DNA of 63,038 bases from Bdellovibrionota bacterium (GTDB lineage Bacteria; Bdellovibrionota; UBA2428). Below, piece after piece: positions 46,647 through 56,834 of the stretch (its first letter is position 1; each line of letters starts with the position of its first letter). The translations under genes and the position numbers were made by a program. The stretch spans positions 1-63,038 of the forward strand of contig CAXNEW010000005.1 in assembly GCA_964201665.1 (NCBI GenBank). Reading direction: 5' to 3'. The notes beneath the pieces are model-generated. The model saw only the letters and a program-made list of their open reading frames with translations. It made no database searches and had not been told where the DNA came from.

Positions 46647-47783
46647 CTAAAATTTATCGAGAGTGAATCGTTGTTTTCTTCGAGCGACTTTTTTATCCTT
46701 GAGATCCATCCCAAGTTTTAAGCCGACTAAGTAGTATCGGTTCTGTTGTTGCCCAGCCATGGCTCCAATTTCTTCGCCATAAGTTACTAAATCGATATCA
46801 ATCAGTGGAAGTACCTTTAAGGTGAGGCCTGCCGTCCAGTAACCTTCATTGAATCCTGCGCGAAGATCGACCAAAACAAGTTCCACATCCATCCCAAAGT
46901 GAATGCGTTTAGTGATGTCGATGTTTTGGGTATACATTTGCCTGACATCAAAATAGAAACCTAAAGATGACAGGGGCAAATTTAAACCATAGGCGACTCC
47001 GACGTTAATTTGCTGTTCTTGCCGAGAGGGCACTCGCAAACGACTGGAGTTTGTAAAAGTTGTTGCCCCAAAATCTTCAACTGCGAGCCCCAACCCAAAC
47101 CACTGCTGGGACCCCATCGGTTGATGATATTGAATTCCGCCATTGAGTCCGAAGGCATTTCCCCTTCGCAAAATTGAACTCAAATAAGTTGGAGAATAAT
47201 TTAACAAAGCGGCACTCGTAATTGCCTCATCAACATAAAGTCTTCGGGTATAACGCAAAGACAATCCCCAATAAAACCTATCAGCAATACCAGTACCAAA
47301 TCCAACGAGTCCGCCGTAGTCATTTCGAGCATAAAGATTGAGCCGTGGATAAACAGGATCTGAGTATAGAAACTGAGTTTCCCCATAATCAAAAAATCCA
47401 ACGACGAGTCCAGGTACGGCCACATGCGGGAAAAAATTTCCCTGCAAACCCATCGGAACCCCAAGCAAAGGCTCAAGTTTGGCACTGAGGGCCCCGTCTC
47501 CACCAACAAAGGCGTTGAACGCTGTATAACCTTGAGCAATGTTTGAGTTTCCACCAAAGGAGGAATCCAAAAAATTGAATATGTAAATTTCATTTCGCCC
47601 AATTCCCGCGGGATTGTAGAATCCCGATAGGCCGTCATTGACCGCTGCGATCCCGGCATTGCCTCGGCCCAACCATCGAAAATCGCGATAGCCGTCGCGC
47701 GTTGTTTTTTCTTGAGCTTGGGCACCTGAAACAAAACCCAAAAAAATTAAAGCAAAAATTTTTAGGGGGTCAGAACCAGACAT
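46647..47783 (-). CDS. outer-membrane beta-barrel protein, PorV/FadL-like (tentative)
   Basis: I moved the start to ATG 47783, giving MSGSDPLKIFALIFLGFVSGAQA. The motif GRGNAGIAAVNDGLSGFYNPAGIG resembles the G.G.A..A..D....f.NPA motif of FadL/PorV-type barrels. The C-terminal residue is F. Confidence 0.6.
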   Translation of the reverse strand: MSGSDPLKIFALIFLGFVSGAQAQEKTTRDGYRDFRWLGRGNAGIAAVNDGLSGFYNPAGIGRNEIYIFNFLDSSFGGNSNIAQGYTAFNAFVGGDGALSAKLEPLLGVPMGLQGNFFPHVAVPGLVVGFFDYGETQFLYSDPVYPRLNLYARNDYGGLVGFGTGIADRFYWGLSLRYTRRLYVDEAITSAALLNYSPTYLSSILRRGNAFGLNGGIQYHQPMGSQQWFGLGLAVEDFGATTFTNSSRLRVPSRQEQQINVGVAYGLNLPLSSLGFYFDVRQMYTQNIDITKRIHFGMDVELVLVDLRAGFNEGYWTAGLTLKVLPLIDIDLVTYGEEIGAMAGQQQNRYYLVGLKLGMDLKDKKVARRKQRFTLDKF

Positions 47784-48628
47784 ATGCCCCCTCCCGCAAA
47801 TTGCCCACCGGTTCCAAGCCCGATGCCTCCTGAAAGTGGCCCCAAATTTACAAGATTTCGAGTTAGTAAACAATTTACGTTTGTTGGGTCAGACGAACAA
47901 GGTAGCGGGGTTGTAGTTAGTGAATCTGGGAGAGAAACATCTCTAATGGCATCGATAGCTCCCCCTTCAACAGTGACTCCAGACAATGCATCGACAACTC
48001 TTGGAATACTTGTAGAAATATTGTCTACCATATCATCAGGCAACCCTGTCATGACGCCCTCAAAGTCATCGACCGTGTGGCAGGCAGTAAAGTTTTCACG
48101 AACGACTCCCTCAGAGTTAAAGGCATAGGTCGCAAGGGCAGCGCCAATTCGTGAATAAAAGACAAAAACTGCAAATAGATTCATTTCTGAAGATCGCCCT
48201 GCAGCTGTCGCCGAAAAAGCCTCGATCACGGCCGTAGCCGATTCAATATCAGCGATCGTATCCTCGTCAGCGCCGGGATAGTGTTCGGCAAAAATAGTGA
48301 AAAGAGATTTTGTTCCGCCGTCACTGGCAATCGTAGTCAAGAGATCAAGAACTCTGAGTCCTGCTCGCCCCGCATATGCAGAAGCTGACAAATAAAAAAC
48401 TTCTTCATTGGTGGGTTGAGTTATTTTTACAGGCGCAATAGTACTTGCCGCCAAATCCCAGTTTTGTTCACTTAGATATTGTTTAGTCTGAAAAATTAAA
48501 AATTCATCGGAGCTTCGGTTTCCAACTTCTCGTAAAACATTCGAACACCCGACTACTGTGAAAAAACCTAAAAACAAAAAAATATTTTTGATGGATTCAA
48601 GAGGCCTAAGTTTAGAACGTGAGCGCAT
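47762..48628 (-). CDS. lipoprotein of unknown function
   Basis: I moved the start to ATG 48628, giving MRSRSKLRPLESIKNIFLFLGFFTVVGC (lipobox). It overlaps both neighbouring genes. Confidence 0.6.
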   Translation of the reverse strand: MRSRSKLRPLESIKNIFLFLGFFTVVGCSNVLREVGNRSSDEFLIFQTKQYLSEQNWDLAASTIAPVKITQPTNEEVFYLSASAYAGRAGLRVLDLLTTIASDGGTKSLFTIFAEHYPGADEDTIADIESATAVIEAFSATAAGRSSEMNLFAVFVFYSRIGAALATYAFNSEGVVRENFTACHTVDDFEGVMTGLPDDMVDNISTSIPRVVDALSGVTVEGGAIDAIRDVSLPDSLTTTPLPCSSDPTNVNCLLTRNLVNLGPLSGGIGLGTGGQFAGGGICLVLTP

Positions 48629-49715
48629 AACGCCCCACAAATTTTCGGTCGTCGCGACGAGTACCGGTACCCCAGAATAAATTTTCGCCGTAGGATCCGC
48701 CTTCTAAAATCACGCCTGCGAGATTGAGTCCGACACCGGCGGTCCAATAGGCACCCTGGTTAACTCCAACTCGAAAAAAAATTGAACTTTTAAATGAAAG
48801 CTCCCACCCGGCATTGATGCGTTCTTGGTAATTTTCAGAAATTCTGACCAAATCTTTTACGTCAATGGAGAGACCACTTTTGATTCCTGGAGCATGTTTT
48901 AGATTTAACGAAAATCCCGTATTGATTCTTTGTCGAATCGGATTTGGACTGCCCGGAGTTCCAGAGGCTCCGGTGAAAATAACGCGTCTTTCAAGTAAAG
49001 TTGTGTTGCCAATGTCTTGAACTGAAACTCCCCAAGCCGGCAAGGCCGAAAAGGGTAACTGAACTAACAAACCCGCATCAAAACCGTAACCCAAACCCTC
49101 TTTCCATTCTGATCCAAAAGACAGCCCCCCGGCCGCAACTTCTGCTGCGGGAATTCTTCGGTCCATTTCGGCTCGGTTAATAACTTTGGCGCCGGCTCCG
49201 ATTTTTAGAATTCCGCCAAACAGCGCTGCTCCCATATGTGTACTGAGAGCCAAATCCGTATAGGCAAATAAATCTAGGTCTCCAGTCTCAGCATCCACAA
49301 AGGCCTCAGTGTAGGAACGTACAATTCCACCTACCGAAAAGTTCTTCACCATAAATTGGGGATAGTAACCAACGCCAAGGGAGTGAACGGATCCGGGATT
49401 GTTTGCCACAATGGTCGTGATTCCCTGGAGCTGCCCCAGGGCAGGCAAAATTGTAAACATTGCTTGAGAACCCTGGAGTTCAAGATCAAAAATTTTTGTT
49501 AGGGGTTTACCCTTTTTAGCAACTGAGGCTGGATTGTAATAAACAGCATCAAAGTTGTTGTTGTAGGCCGTATAGGCGTCCCCCATCATTTGCGGGCCCG
49601 AGCCCTGATAAAAAGGGCGACTTCGCTGGGCTTGCGAAAGATCCTGAAAAATGAAGAATAGAATCAAAGACAGGAGGGATTTTATTTTGAAAAATTTATA
49701 CAAATCGTTTTTCAT
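48612..49715 (-). CDS. outer-membrane beta-barrel protein, PorV/FadL-like (tentative)
   Basis: Signal peptide LLSLILFFIFQDLSQA. Motif MMGDAYTAYNNNFDAVYYNPASV. C-terminus YALTF. Confidence 0.65.
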   Translation of the reverse strand: MKNDLYKFFKIKSLLSLILFFIFQDLSQAQRSRPFYQGSGPQMMGDAYTAYNNNFDAVYYNPASVAKKGKPLTKIFDLELQGSQAMFTILPALGQLQGITTIVANNPGSVHSLGVGYYPQFMVKNFSVGGIVRSYTEAFVDAETGDLDLFAYTDLALSTHMGAALFGGILKIGAGAKVINRAEMDRRIPAAEVAAGGLSFGSEWKEGLGYGFDAGLLVQLPFSALPAWGVSVQDIGNTTLLERRVIFTGASGTPGSPNPIRQRINTGFSLNLKHAPGIKSGLSIDVKDLVRISENYQERINAGWELSFKSSIFFRVGVNQGAYWTAGVGLNLAGVILEGGSYGENLFWGTGTRRDDRKFVGRYALTF

Positions 49716-50882
49716 TTATAAAACCCCTCGCATTTCAAGAACCCAAAACCTGGTTGCCACAGAGTTGTCTCCAATGAGTTCAGAATATGAACCCACTCCA
49801 ACTTCGACTCCTTCGTAGCGCAACAAAAGACCGCCCGAACCTCGTCCTCCCTTGAGTCCTGCATTCAGAGAAAGCAAAACCGGAAGTCTAAACTCCCAAC
49901 CAATGGCTATTTTTTCGGAAGCCCCAGCCTGTCTATTCCAATCTAAATATTCTACGCGGAGTGCATTGCGAATTCCTCGGAAAATTTTTGGCGTCCCGAC
50001 ACCAAAACCCACTGCAATGTTGTTGGGTAGAGCTTGGAAGCGTCGACCTTTTGACGTTTTTTGTCCCAAAAAAAACTGAGTGGTACCGACATCACGCCAT
50101 CCGATACCCATTTGTAGAGCCCAATCCCCCACTAAATCCCGAGGAGCTCCATAGAGCCAGCCATAGTCGAGTCCGCCAGCAAGGGCCCATTTTGTGGACG
50201 CAGCTCCAGCACCCACCAAGGGAGTAGCGGCCAAAACTTGTTCAGAAGTGTAAGCAGCTTCATTTCCTTGTCTAAAAATAGCTTTGATTCCCGTGCCAAT
50301 TTCCATGTGGCCAATTTCATCGCGATCAAACAAAACTCCACCGACTGCTAGCAGCCCAGCAAAATCACGATAACGAATAACTTCCATACTGCCATTGGTG
50401 AAAAGCTCTGCTTGGGCGTGTTGGTTAAAATTAAACGAAAATCCCGCTTCATCAGAAAGCCATCTCGAAGAAACTTCAAGTTTTGATACCTGCGGAATCC
50501 CCTGAGCAGCCGAAATTCGATTCGCCAGTGCGTCGGTATCAAGGTCTACAGCTGCAAGACTTTCAGTTGCCGAGTAAACGCCCCCAGCATTCGTTGAACG
50601 AACAACAACAGGGTGCGTCCTTAGCGTGTCGGTACCGAGCAGCGAAAGCAGCGCAGGATTCTGTGTGATTAAATCAGAGTCAAAAACATTGGCCTTCGCC
50701 CAGGAGGGTAACTGTTCAGCAATCGGATGAGTCACTCCCGTTGAGCCTCGACTCAAACTCGAGGTGGAGGGGCTAAACCCCACCCAAGAATCGAATCTTT
50801 GAGCCGAAAAACAAGAAACTGAAAATGTCATATTCAAAACTAACTTAGTTTTATTTGTTAGCCTGACGACAAACCTTCCCAT
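49716..50882 (-). CDS. outer-membrane beta-barrel-like protein, divergent paralog of the two downstream barrels
   Basis: Gly/aromatic-rich alternating pattern, and ITQNPALL at the position equivalent to the NPA motif. The N-terminus is atypical and the start is uncertain (ATG 50882 or 50831). Its stop abuts the next ATG with no gap. Confidence 0.5.
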   Translation of the reverse strand: MGRFVVRLTNKTKLVLNMTFSVSCFSAQRFDSWVGFSPSTSSLSRGSTGVTHPIAEQLPSWAKANVFDSDLITQNPALLSLLGTDTLRTHPVVVRSTNAGGVYSATESLAAVDLDTDALANRISAAQGIPQVSKLEVSSRWLSDEAGFSFNFNQHAQAELFTNGSMEVIRYRDFAGLLAVGGVLFDRDEIGHMEIGTGIKAIFRQGNEAAYTSEQVLAATPLVGAGAASTKWALAGGLDYGWLYGAPRDLVGDWALQMGIGWRDVGTTQFFLGQKTSKGRRFQALPNNIAVGFGVGTPKIFRGIRNALRVEYLDWNRQAGASEKIAIGWEFRLPVLLSLNAGLKGGRGSGGLLLRYEGVEVGVGSYSELIGDNSVATRFWVLEMRGVL

Positions 50883-50913
50883 CTGGGGTTTATCGGAACT
50901 TTTAACCCTGCTT

Positions 50914-52164
50914 CTAAGTCAGGAATTTGACGGGCTTTTTCAGAACTTTTATTGCGTAGGCAAGCCATATGAATCCGGCAATGGCGAAAAAAGTTGGCAA
51001 AATGAGCAAAGCGCTTTGCAGGGAATTCCACTTATCTGCCAGCCGCCCCACGATTTCCGGCGACCACATATCCCCAAACATATGAATACAAAAAATTGAA
51101 AGAGCCATTCCACTCGCTCTGAGGTTAATCGGAACACTTTCAATGATCAGGGTGTTGATAGGCCCCGTTGGTAAAAAAATTAAAAAAATGGCAATCGCTA
51201 AGCAAGCCGACACGATTGCTGAATCGGAACTTGTGAAAGCGACAACAGAAAGCGGCACAGAGGCCAAGGTAGCGAAGGCTAAAACAAAGGCATAGCCAGC
51301 TCGAAATTTTTTCTGAAGTGCCGTCGCTGCAAACCCCCCAATAAGGGTACCCAGTAATCCCGCAACGACTGTTACTGCTCCAAAAAATGTAGCTGCTTTT
51401 TCGTTGGGCATTCCATGAATCCGATGAAGAAAAGTTGGACCCCAGTAGGCATAGGCGCCCAAGGCAAAGGCATATGCGCAATAGCCTGCGACAATATAAA
51501 TAAATTCTCGAATTTTAAAAATACTTAAAACATCGCGGAACGCTGGAATTCTATGAGCCGATTGATGAAGCCCATCACTCTCGCCTCGCTTGGGTTCTGG
51601 AAAAGGTAAAAGCAAAAGGGCCAACACAAGTCCCGGTGCCCCAGCCCAAATGAAGGCTTCTCGCCAACCGTGAGCAGACGCAACTTGGCCACCTAAAATA
51701 TAACCAAGAGCCGATCCGACCGGAATCGCTACAAAAAAAATGGTCATCGCATTATTTCTTTTTGCCGGACTGAAAGAATCAGAAATGAGCGCAGGACTTA
51801 TGGCCCCGTAGCTGGCCTCTCCGAACCCCACAAGCAGCCGGTAAACCAAAAGCGTGCCAAGGCCCGTTGCAAATCCGGACAAAACAGTTCCCAGACTCCA
51901 AATAAAAACTCCGCCAGCAATGAGCCATTTTCTAGAAATCCGGTCCCCCAGATAACCAAAAAGTGGCGAAATTAAAAAATATCCAAGCATAAAGGCCGTC
52001 GATACTCGCCCCAATTCTCCATCTGTCAGTTGGAGGTCTTCTTTGAGGGGAGTTAAAATTGCAGAAAGAACGTATCGGTCTAAATAATTAAGAAGATTTA
52101 ACCCCGTGAGTACAATCAACAAGGCCTTAGGCGATAATCGAAATTTGTTTACAGTAGAATTCAA
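50914..52164 (-). CDS. MFS transporter
   Basis: 12-TM pattern with MFS loop motif GYLGDRISRK. Confidence 0.85.
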   Translation of the reverse strand: MNSTVNKFRLSPKALLIVLTGLNLLNYLDRYVLSAILTPLKEDLQLTDGELGRVSTAFMLGYFLISPLFGYLGDRISRKWLIAGGVFIWSLGTVLSGFATGLGTLLVYRLLVGFGEASYGAISPALISDSFSPAKRNNAMTIFFVAIPVGSALGYILGGQVASAHGWREAFIWAGAPGLVLALLLLPFPEPKRGESDGLHQSAHRIPAFRDVLSIFKIREFIYIVAGYCAYAFALGAYAYWGPTFLHRIHGMPNEKAATFFGAVTVVAGLLGTLIGGFAATALQKKFRAGYAFVLAFATLASVPLSVVAFTSSDSAIVSACLAIAIFLIFLPTGPINTLIIESVPINLRASGMALSIFCIHMFGDMWSPEIVGRLADKWNSLQSALLILPTFFAIAGFIWLAYAIKVLKKPVKFLT

Positions 52165-52217
52165 TGGCCCCTCCGCAGTTAATAGCGCAAAACGAAGGAA
52201 TTAAAGATCAATAGGGG

Positions 52218-52949
52218 CTAAGGGTCAAACCGGACACCGACTCCACGTACAGTATGAAAATGTTTGGGTTGGTCTGGATCGGGTTCAAACTGCTTTCGAA
52301 GCCTGCCAAGAAAAAAATCAACAGTGCGGGTTTTGGGAAGCCACCTGTAACCCCACACGTCCTTCAAAAGCTCTTCGCGGGTCAAAATTTTTCCAGAATT
52401 CTGCAAAAGTTTTTGAAAAAATTTAAACTCAATAGGAGTGAGTCGGGCCCAACCCACGGGTCCCAAAACTTCTTGAGTTTCAGTTTTCAGAGTCCAAACA
52501 GTTGAGAGATTCGAATTTTTTTCGTTTTGCAAAGGAGGTGCCGAGCCCGAAAAGCGCCGGCTGAGCGCTCTAAGCTTGGCCTCGAATTCTTGCCAACTAA
52601 AGGGCTTTGGCAAATAGTCATCGGCGCCTAAATTTAACCCGGTTATTCGATGATGGGTTTCGCCTAAAGCGCTTAAAATTAGGATTGCACCTGTAAATTT
52701 TTTTTGCCTTAAAAAATTACAAAGATCGAGCCCTTCGCCGTCTGGAAGCATCCGGTCCAATAAGACAATATCAAACTCTAAAGCCTTTTCATTTTTAGTC
52801 AAAAGCGCTTCTTTGGCATCCTTAAGGGTTGGAACCCAGACAAAGGGAATCCCCAATTTTGAAAGAGCTTGGCCCAAAGCTTCACCAAGTGCGGGTTCGT
52901 CTTCCACCAAAAGTGCATTTTTAAAATTAATTTTTTGCATTCGACTCAA
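52218..52949 (-). CDS. OmpR-family response regulator
   Basis: Receiver domain (LLVEDEP, VLLDRMLPDGEG, KPF) plus winged-helix trans_reg_C domain (LTPIEFKFFQKLL ... VRGVGVRF). Confidence 0.9.
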   Translation of the reverse strand: MSRMQKINFKNALLVEDEPALGEALGQALSKLGIPFVWVPTLKDAKEALLTKNEKALEFDIVLLDRMLPDGEGLDLCNFLRQKKFTGAILILSALGETHHRITGLNLGADDYLPKPFSWQEFEAKLRALSRRFSGSAPPLQNEKNSNLSTVWTLKTETQEVLGPVGWARLTPIEFKFFQKLLQNSGKILTREELLKDVWGYRWLPKTRTVDFFLGRLRKQFEPDPDQPKHFHTVRGVGVRFDP

Positions 52950-53952
52950 ATGAGGCGGCTGAATTTTTTAGTAAAGACAAAGGAGAGGGATCAATTTTTC
53001 CTTGAATTGAGAAAACAGAACCTAAACCCAAACCAGGGCTTTGCGCTGTTAGCTTAAGTCCCGTGGATTTGGCAGCCTGCTTAGCTAGAAATAATCCCAA
53101 GCCGGTACCCGGCACAGCAAGGGAACTTTTTTGAGGCAGTCTAACAAAACGGCCAAAGATTTTTTTTCGATCTCGAGGATGAAAACCCACCCCCGAGTCC
53201 TCGATTTTCAAGACCCAAAGGGTCTTTGTTTTTTCTGCAATCAAGTCCGTTCTTAATAGGACTCGGCTACCTTCTGGCGAAAATTTGCCTGCATTTGAAA
53301 TGATATTTTCAACAATCAGCCCCAACAACTTTTGATCAATCATGACATTAAAAAAAAGACGCTCGCCAACTCTTTCCAGAATCTGTTTAGGGCCCAGAAG
53401 AGCTCGCCACCGAGGCATTTGACTGGCAATCCAATCTTCCAATGTGAAAAGATCTTTCTGAGGCTGCAATTTGCCAACATCTCCTCGAGCCGCAATTAAA
53501 AGACTTGAAACATCTTTTTTGAGTCTTTTGAGTTCAGCCTCGAATAGGTTCCAAAGTTTCTGATTTTCAGGCGAGGATTCTTTTTCTTGGTCTCTCAAAA
53601 GAGATGCCGTTAATTCCATAGTTGCAAGTGGGGTTTTAAGCTCGTGAGTCACTCGCGCTAAAAATTCTGACTGTGCTTGGTTGGTTTTCATTTCTTGTAA
53701 AAGATTATGCAAAAAAAGATAAAGAATCGCACATACAAACAAAAAGCCTAAACTTCCCAAAACTCCATTGAGCCAGGGGCTATCAAGCTGGCCCGACCTA
53801 TACCGAAAACCATCTACAATGCGTGACAATTGATCATAACGATCAACTAAAATTAAATTCCAAGAAGTCGCCAGGGTTACAAGCAAGCTAAAAACAACGA
53901 AAAAAAGAGAAATCCAGAGGGCTTTTCGAAAAGAGGGTTTCACTACGTGCAA
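52927..53952 (-). CDS. sensor histidine kinase
   Basis: H-box VTHELKTPLATM and G-box GTGLGLFLAKQ, with two TM segments. Overlaps the response regulator gene by 23 nt. The start is TTG or GTG and is uncertain. Confidence 0.85.
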   Translation of the reverse strand: MHVVKPSFRKALWISLFFVVFSLLVTLATSWNLILVDRYDQLSRIVDGFRYRSGQLDSPWLNGVLGSLGFLFVCAILYLFLHNLLQEMKTNQAQSEFLARVTHELKTPLATMELTASLLRDQEKESSPENQKLWNLFEAELKRLKKDVSSLLIAARGDVGKLQPQKDLFTLEDWIASQMPRWRALLGPKQILERVGERLFFNVMIDQKLLGLIVENIISNAGKFSPEGSRVLLRTDLIAEKTKTLWVLKIEDSGVGFHPRDRKKIFGRFVRLPQKSSLAVPGTGLGLFLAKQAAKSTGLKLTAQSPGLGLGSVFSIQGKIDPSPLSLLKNSAASFESNAKN

Positions 53953-54069
53953 ATAAAACTCGTTACGGCCCCTGCATCAACTACAAAAGGTACAATCCAA
54001 ACCGCTAGTTCCCAAAAAACCAATTCCAGTTCACCTGGGGGCCATAAAGTAGCCCAATAGAAGCGGAGA

Positions 54070-54813
54070 TCAACTCTGCTGACGGAACTTAGTTAGGGGA
54101 AAGAACTGGATGCCAAGAGCCATAACCTCTGAGCAATCTCCAGTCGTTAACTCTTGAATACATTCTTTTCTAAACTTTTCTAGTCTTCGTTTTATCAATG
54201 GAATTTTGCTGGGATTTACGGAAAATGTATCTGTAGAAATACTACGTTTTTCGAGCTCCGACTGAGAATGCTCCTTCATGACTTCAATCGCCTTTTTCAT
54301 TATTTCTTCATGGTAGAGTCTCACAGCATCGAGACTCTGTTTTGTAGATATTTCAAGGTGAGGTTGAGCTTTTTTGTATTTGCCTTTCGAAATTTCAATC
54401 AAACCTATTTCCCTAAGTACCTGTACCGCCGGTGCAACCAAATTAGAATTTATGCCGAGCCGACGAGAAATCCAAACGGGGTCATAGGTAAAGTCTTTGG
54501 TATTTATGAGGTCTAAAACTGCAATGTAATACCAATCTCCCAAAACCTTTAAATATGATGAAAACTGATTCAAGGAAATCGAACTCTGAACAACCTTCTT
54601 TTTTTGAGAATTTTTCCCCAAGTAACTCGCTAAAAACTTTTGCTCTAAGTTCAACTTCTGAGAAAAAAAAACAAGTTTCTGAGGACTTAATTTTCGTTTA
54701 CCCCGGAGCACCATACTCAAATAGGCGTGGGTAACCCCTAAATCCCGCGCAAATGCACGCAAAGAATAACCTGGATTTAATCGAATTCTTTTTGCAAGTT
54801 CTTCCTGAAGCAT
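54070..54813 (-). CDS. HTH protein of the TIGR02147/DUF4423 type
   Basis: N-terminus LNPGYSLRAFARDLGVTHAYLSMVLRGKRKLS is the characteristic HTH of this family, as I recall it. Confidence 0.6.
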   Translation of the reverse strand: MLQEELAKRIRLNPGYSLRAFARDLGVTHAYLSMVLRGKRKLSPQKLVFFSQKLNLEQKFLASYLGKNSQKKKVVQSSISLNQFSSYLKVLGDWYYIAVLDLINTKDFTYDPVWISRRLGINSNLVAPAVQVLREIGLIEISKGKYKKAQPHLEISTKQSLDAVRLYHEEIMKKAIEVMKEHSQSELEKRSISTDTFSVNPSKIPLIKRRLEKFRKECIQELTTGDCSEVMALGIQFFPLTKFRQQS

Positions 54814-54893
54814 CGTTTTCTTTATCCTGATTTATTCAAAAATACACAAACAAATACTGATTACTAGAATTGAGAGTGTTTACAACCTTGTTT

Positions 54894-54912
54894 TGTTACC
54901 ACATTGGTAACA
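54894..54912. promoter_or_regulatory. 8-3-8 perfect palindrome in a divergent intergenic region (candidate operator)
   Basis: TGTTACCA cat TGGTAACA, lying 81 nt upstream of the HTH gene start. Confidence 0.3.
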
Positions 54913-55123
54913 CAAACTCAAATTCCGATTTATGTTTGGCTTTTTTTTAACTAAAGAACGGGCAGAAACAAAAACGGAATGCCCCTTGAAACTGTTTGTT
55001 TGCGCAAGCAACTCACATATTTTTCCTTTGAAAAAAGGTCATTTAATGCTATGCGTAATTTACATTTTTATAGAGATTCCAATTTTTAATTGAGTCAGTT
55101 TACATACACAAATGGAGATCGAA

Positions 55124-56827
55124 ATGCCAAAAAAAGCCTTTAAATTCAATATTTTATTACTTTGCACCTTATTTTTTACCGGATTGGAGGCCATGGGACA
55201 GATTCCTTCCTCCACCCCAACTCCACCCACACCGCTTGCCCCCAAAGGCGGCGGAAGCACCAGCGTCGTGGGCGGTGGAGATGCTTTTGTTACTCCAGAA
55301 GGGAAAGTACTTTTTCTAGATCTTGCAGAAAGGGAACCTATTTTTGTTCCAGATTTACCCGCCTTCGGAATGGTTAAATCGCAAATTTTGCAGTTGTCCG
55401 CCTACCTGCCAACACTCTTCGATTCACTCAATGATATTTTTTCATCGGGGGAATTTAGTTGGTATTTTACATCTAAGGTTTTACCCAATGTACCCGACGA
55501 GAGGGACGGTCAAGAGTATGATCGATCGGGTTTGTATTTTAAGGATGACGGCGAAGAAAAAATTCTTCAAGCCGCAGTCTTCCTATCTAGTACTCGCGAA
55601 ATATTGATCAACAAGGACCTTTTACAAAAAATGCCTCCCTCCTCTCAGGCTTTTTTATTGGTACACGAGGCACTGAGGGCCCTTGTTTGGAAACAAAACC
55701 AAATCAAGCCCCAGTCAGTTTCTTTAAAAAAGTTTGTTTCGAAAATTATGAATTCCAATTTTGAAAGGCTCTCGCAGAAAGATCACTTTTTCATTGGCAT
55801 TTTAGAAACCCTTCCCGAACTGTTTGGGGCTTCCAGTCAGGATTTTTTGATTTTTATCGAAAAAAATCGAAAAATTGATATCTTTGGGAACCCAAAAGTC
55901 GCGAGTCTGTTAAAACAAGGCCTAGTAAAATCCATAGTTGGCGATTTGCAAAAAATTCAAGATTCTGAACCCTTAAAGACATGGCTAAACAACTTTTATG
56001 GAGAATTACTTTTCCATGATTTTCTGGACAGGTTTTTGGTGCATCAAGATGGATTTTTTTCGATGTTAGAAAGCGGGGAAACACAAATCATAAACCGTGC
56101 AAAATTGGTTAGGGAGGCCGCGTTGGCTACCAACAAACGCCAACTTAATGAATCTGTTTTTGTACGAATAAGTCCCTACCATGGCTATTTTCCTGTCGCC
56201 AACCTAGAGGTTAATTTTAAAAACAACAGAGTCTACTCCTATGCAGGTTTACTCAGAAACCGCGTAAAAAGTTCCAATATCGGGGATGCAAATCAATTTG
56301 AAAACTTTTTGGTAATCGTAAGCTTCAACAGGCAAACCCAAAAGCTAAGTTTCTTCAAAAGCAGTCAAGTTTTCTTTGAGAGAAATCCGATTCCTGAGTT
56401 GGACCACCTTGCAGGTTCGGATAAAAAATCATCCCCAGCTTACAGGTTTCTTAAATCTGGCAAACTGCCCGACTTTCCAACGTTGGATATGACGACTGAA
56501 AGAAAGGTTCAAGATTTGGACTTCAACTATCTCGCTGGAGGAGTCGGATGTTTTTCTTCCTTCGGATCTCCTGGATTGGTTAAACTTACTCGAGAAGATA
56601 AATCTGGATCAGTCTTTAGATTTGAGCCCTTTGTTGAATTTTTTGACTATTCTCCCTTTGAAGGAATCTCCGATCCATTGGAAATTTATTTACTGGAATC
56701 CTTAAAAAAACTTCCTAGTGATACCTTTGTTTTCGATTCCTCAGATTTTTCCGGCGAAAGATCCGATTTTCGACGTATTGGAGTCATCAACTTACCAACG
56801 GGGGAAGTTGAAAATCCTAAGCGATAG
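55124..56827 (+). CDS. hypothetical secreted protein
   Basis: ATG 55124 is preferred, with GGAG 7 nt upstream. Signal peptide FNILLLCTLFFTGLEAMG. A Pro/Thr linker, then GGGSTSVVGGGDAF. No recognised family. Confidence 0.6.
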   Translation: MPKKAFKFNILLLCTLFFTGLEAMGQIPSSTPTPPTPLAPKGGGSTSVVGGGDAFVTPEGKVLFLDLAEREPIFVPDLPAFGMVKSQILQLSAYLPTLFDSLNDIFSSGEFSWYFTSKVLPNVPDERDGQEYDRSGLYFKDDGEEKILQAAVFLSSTREILINKDLLQKMPPSSQAFLLVHEALRALVWKQNQIKPQSVSLKKFVSKIMNSNFERLSQKDHFFIGILETLPELFGASSQDFLIFIEKNRKIDIFGNPKVASLLKQGLVKSIVGDLQKIQDSEPLKTWLNNFYGELLFHDFLDRFLVHQDGFFSMLESGETQIINRAKLVREAALATNKRQLNESVFVRISPYHGYFPVANLEVNFKNNRVYSYAGLLRNRVKSSNIGDANQFENFLVIVSFNRQTQKLSFFKSSQVFFERNPIPELDHLAGSDKKSSPAYRFLKSGKLPDFPTLDMTTERKVQDLDFNYLAGGVGCFSSFGSPGLVKLTREDKSGSVFRFEPFVEFFDYSPFEGISDPLEIYLLESLKKLPSDTFVFDSSDFSGERSDFRRIGVINLPTGEVENPKR

Positions 56828-56834
56828 GAATCAT

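Noticed and set aside
47201-47734. 177-aa minus-strand ORF nested in the outer-membrane barrel gene
   Set aside because: It is an alternative frame of a gene with a clear signal peptide and barrel pattern. Its translation is Cys/Trp/Met-rich and implausible.
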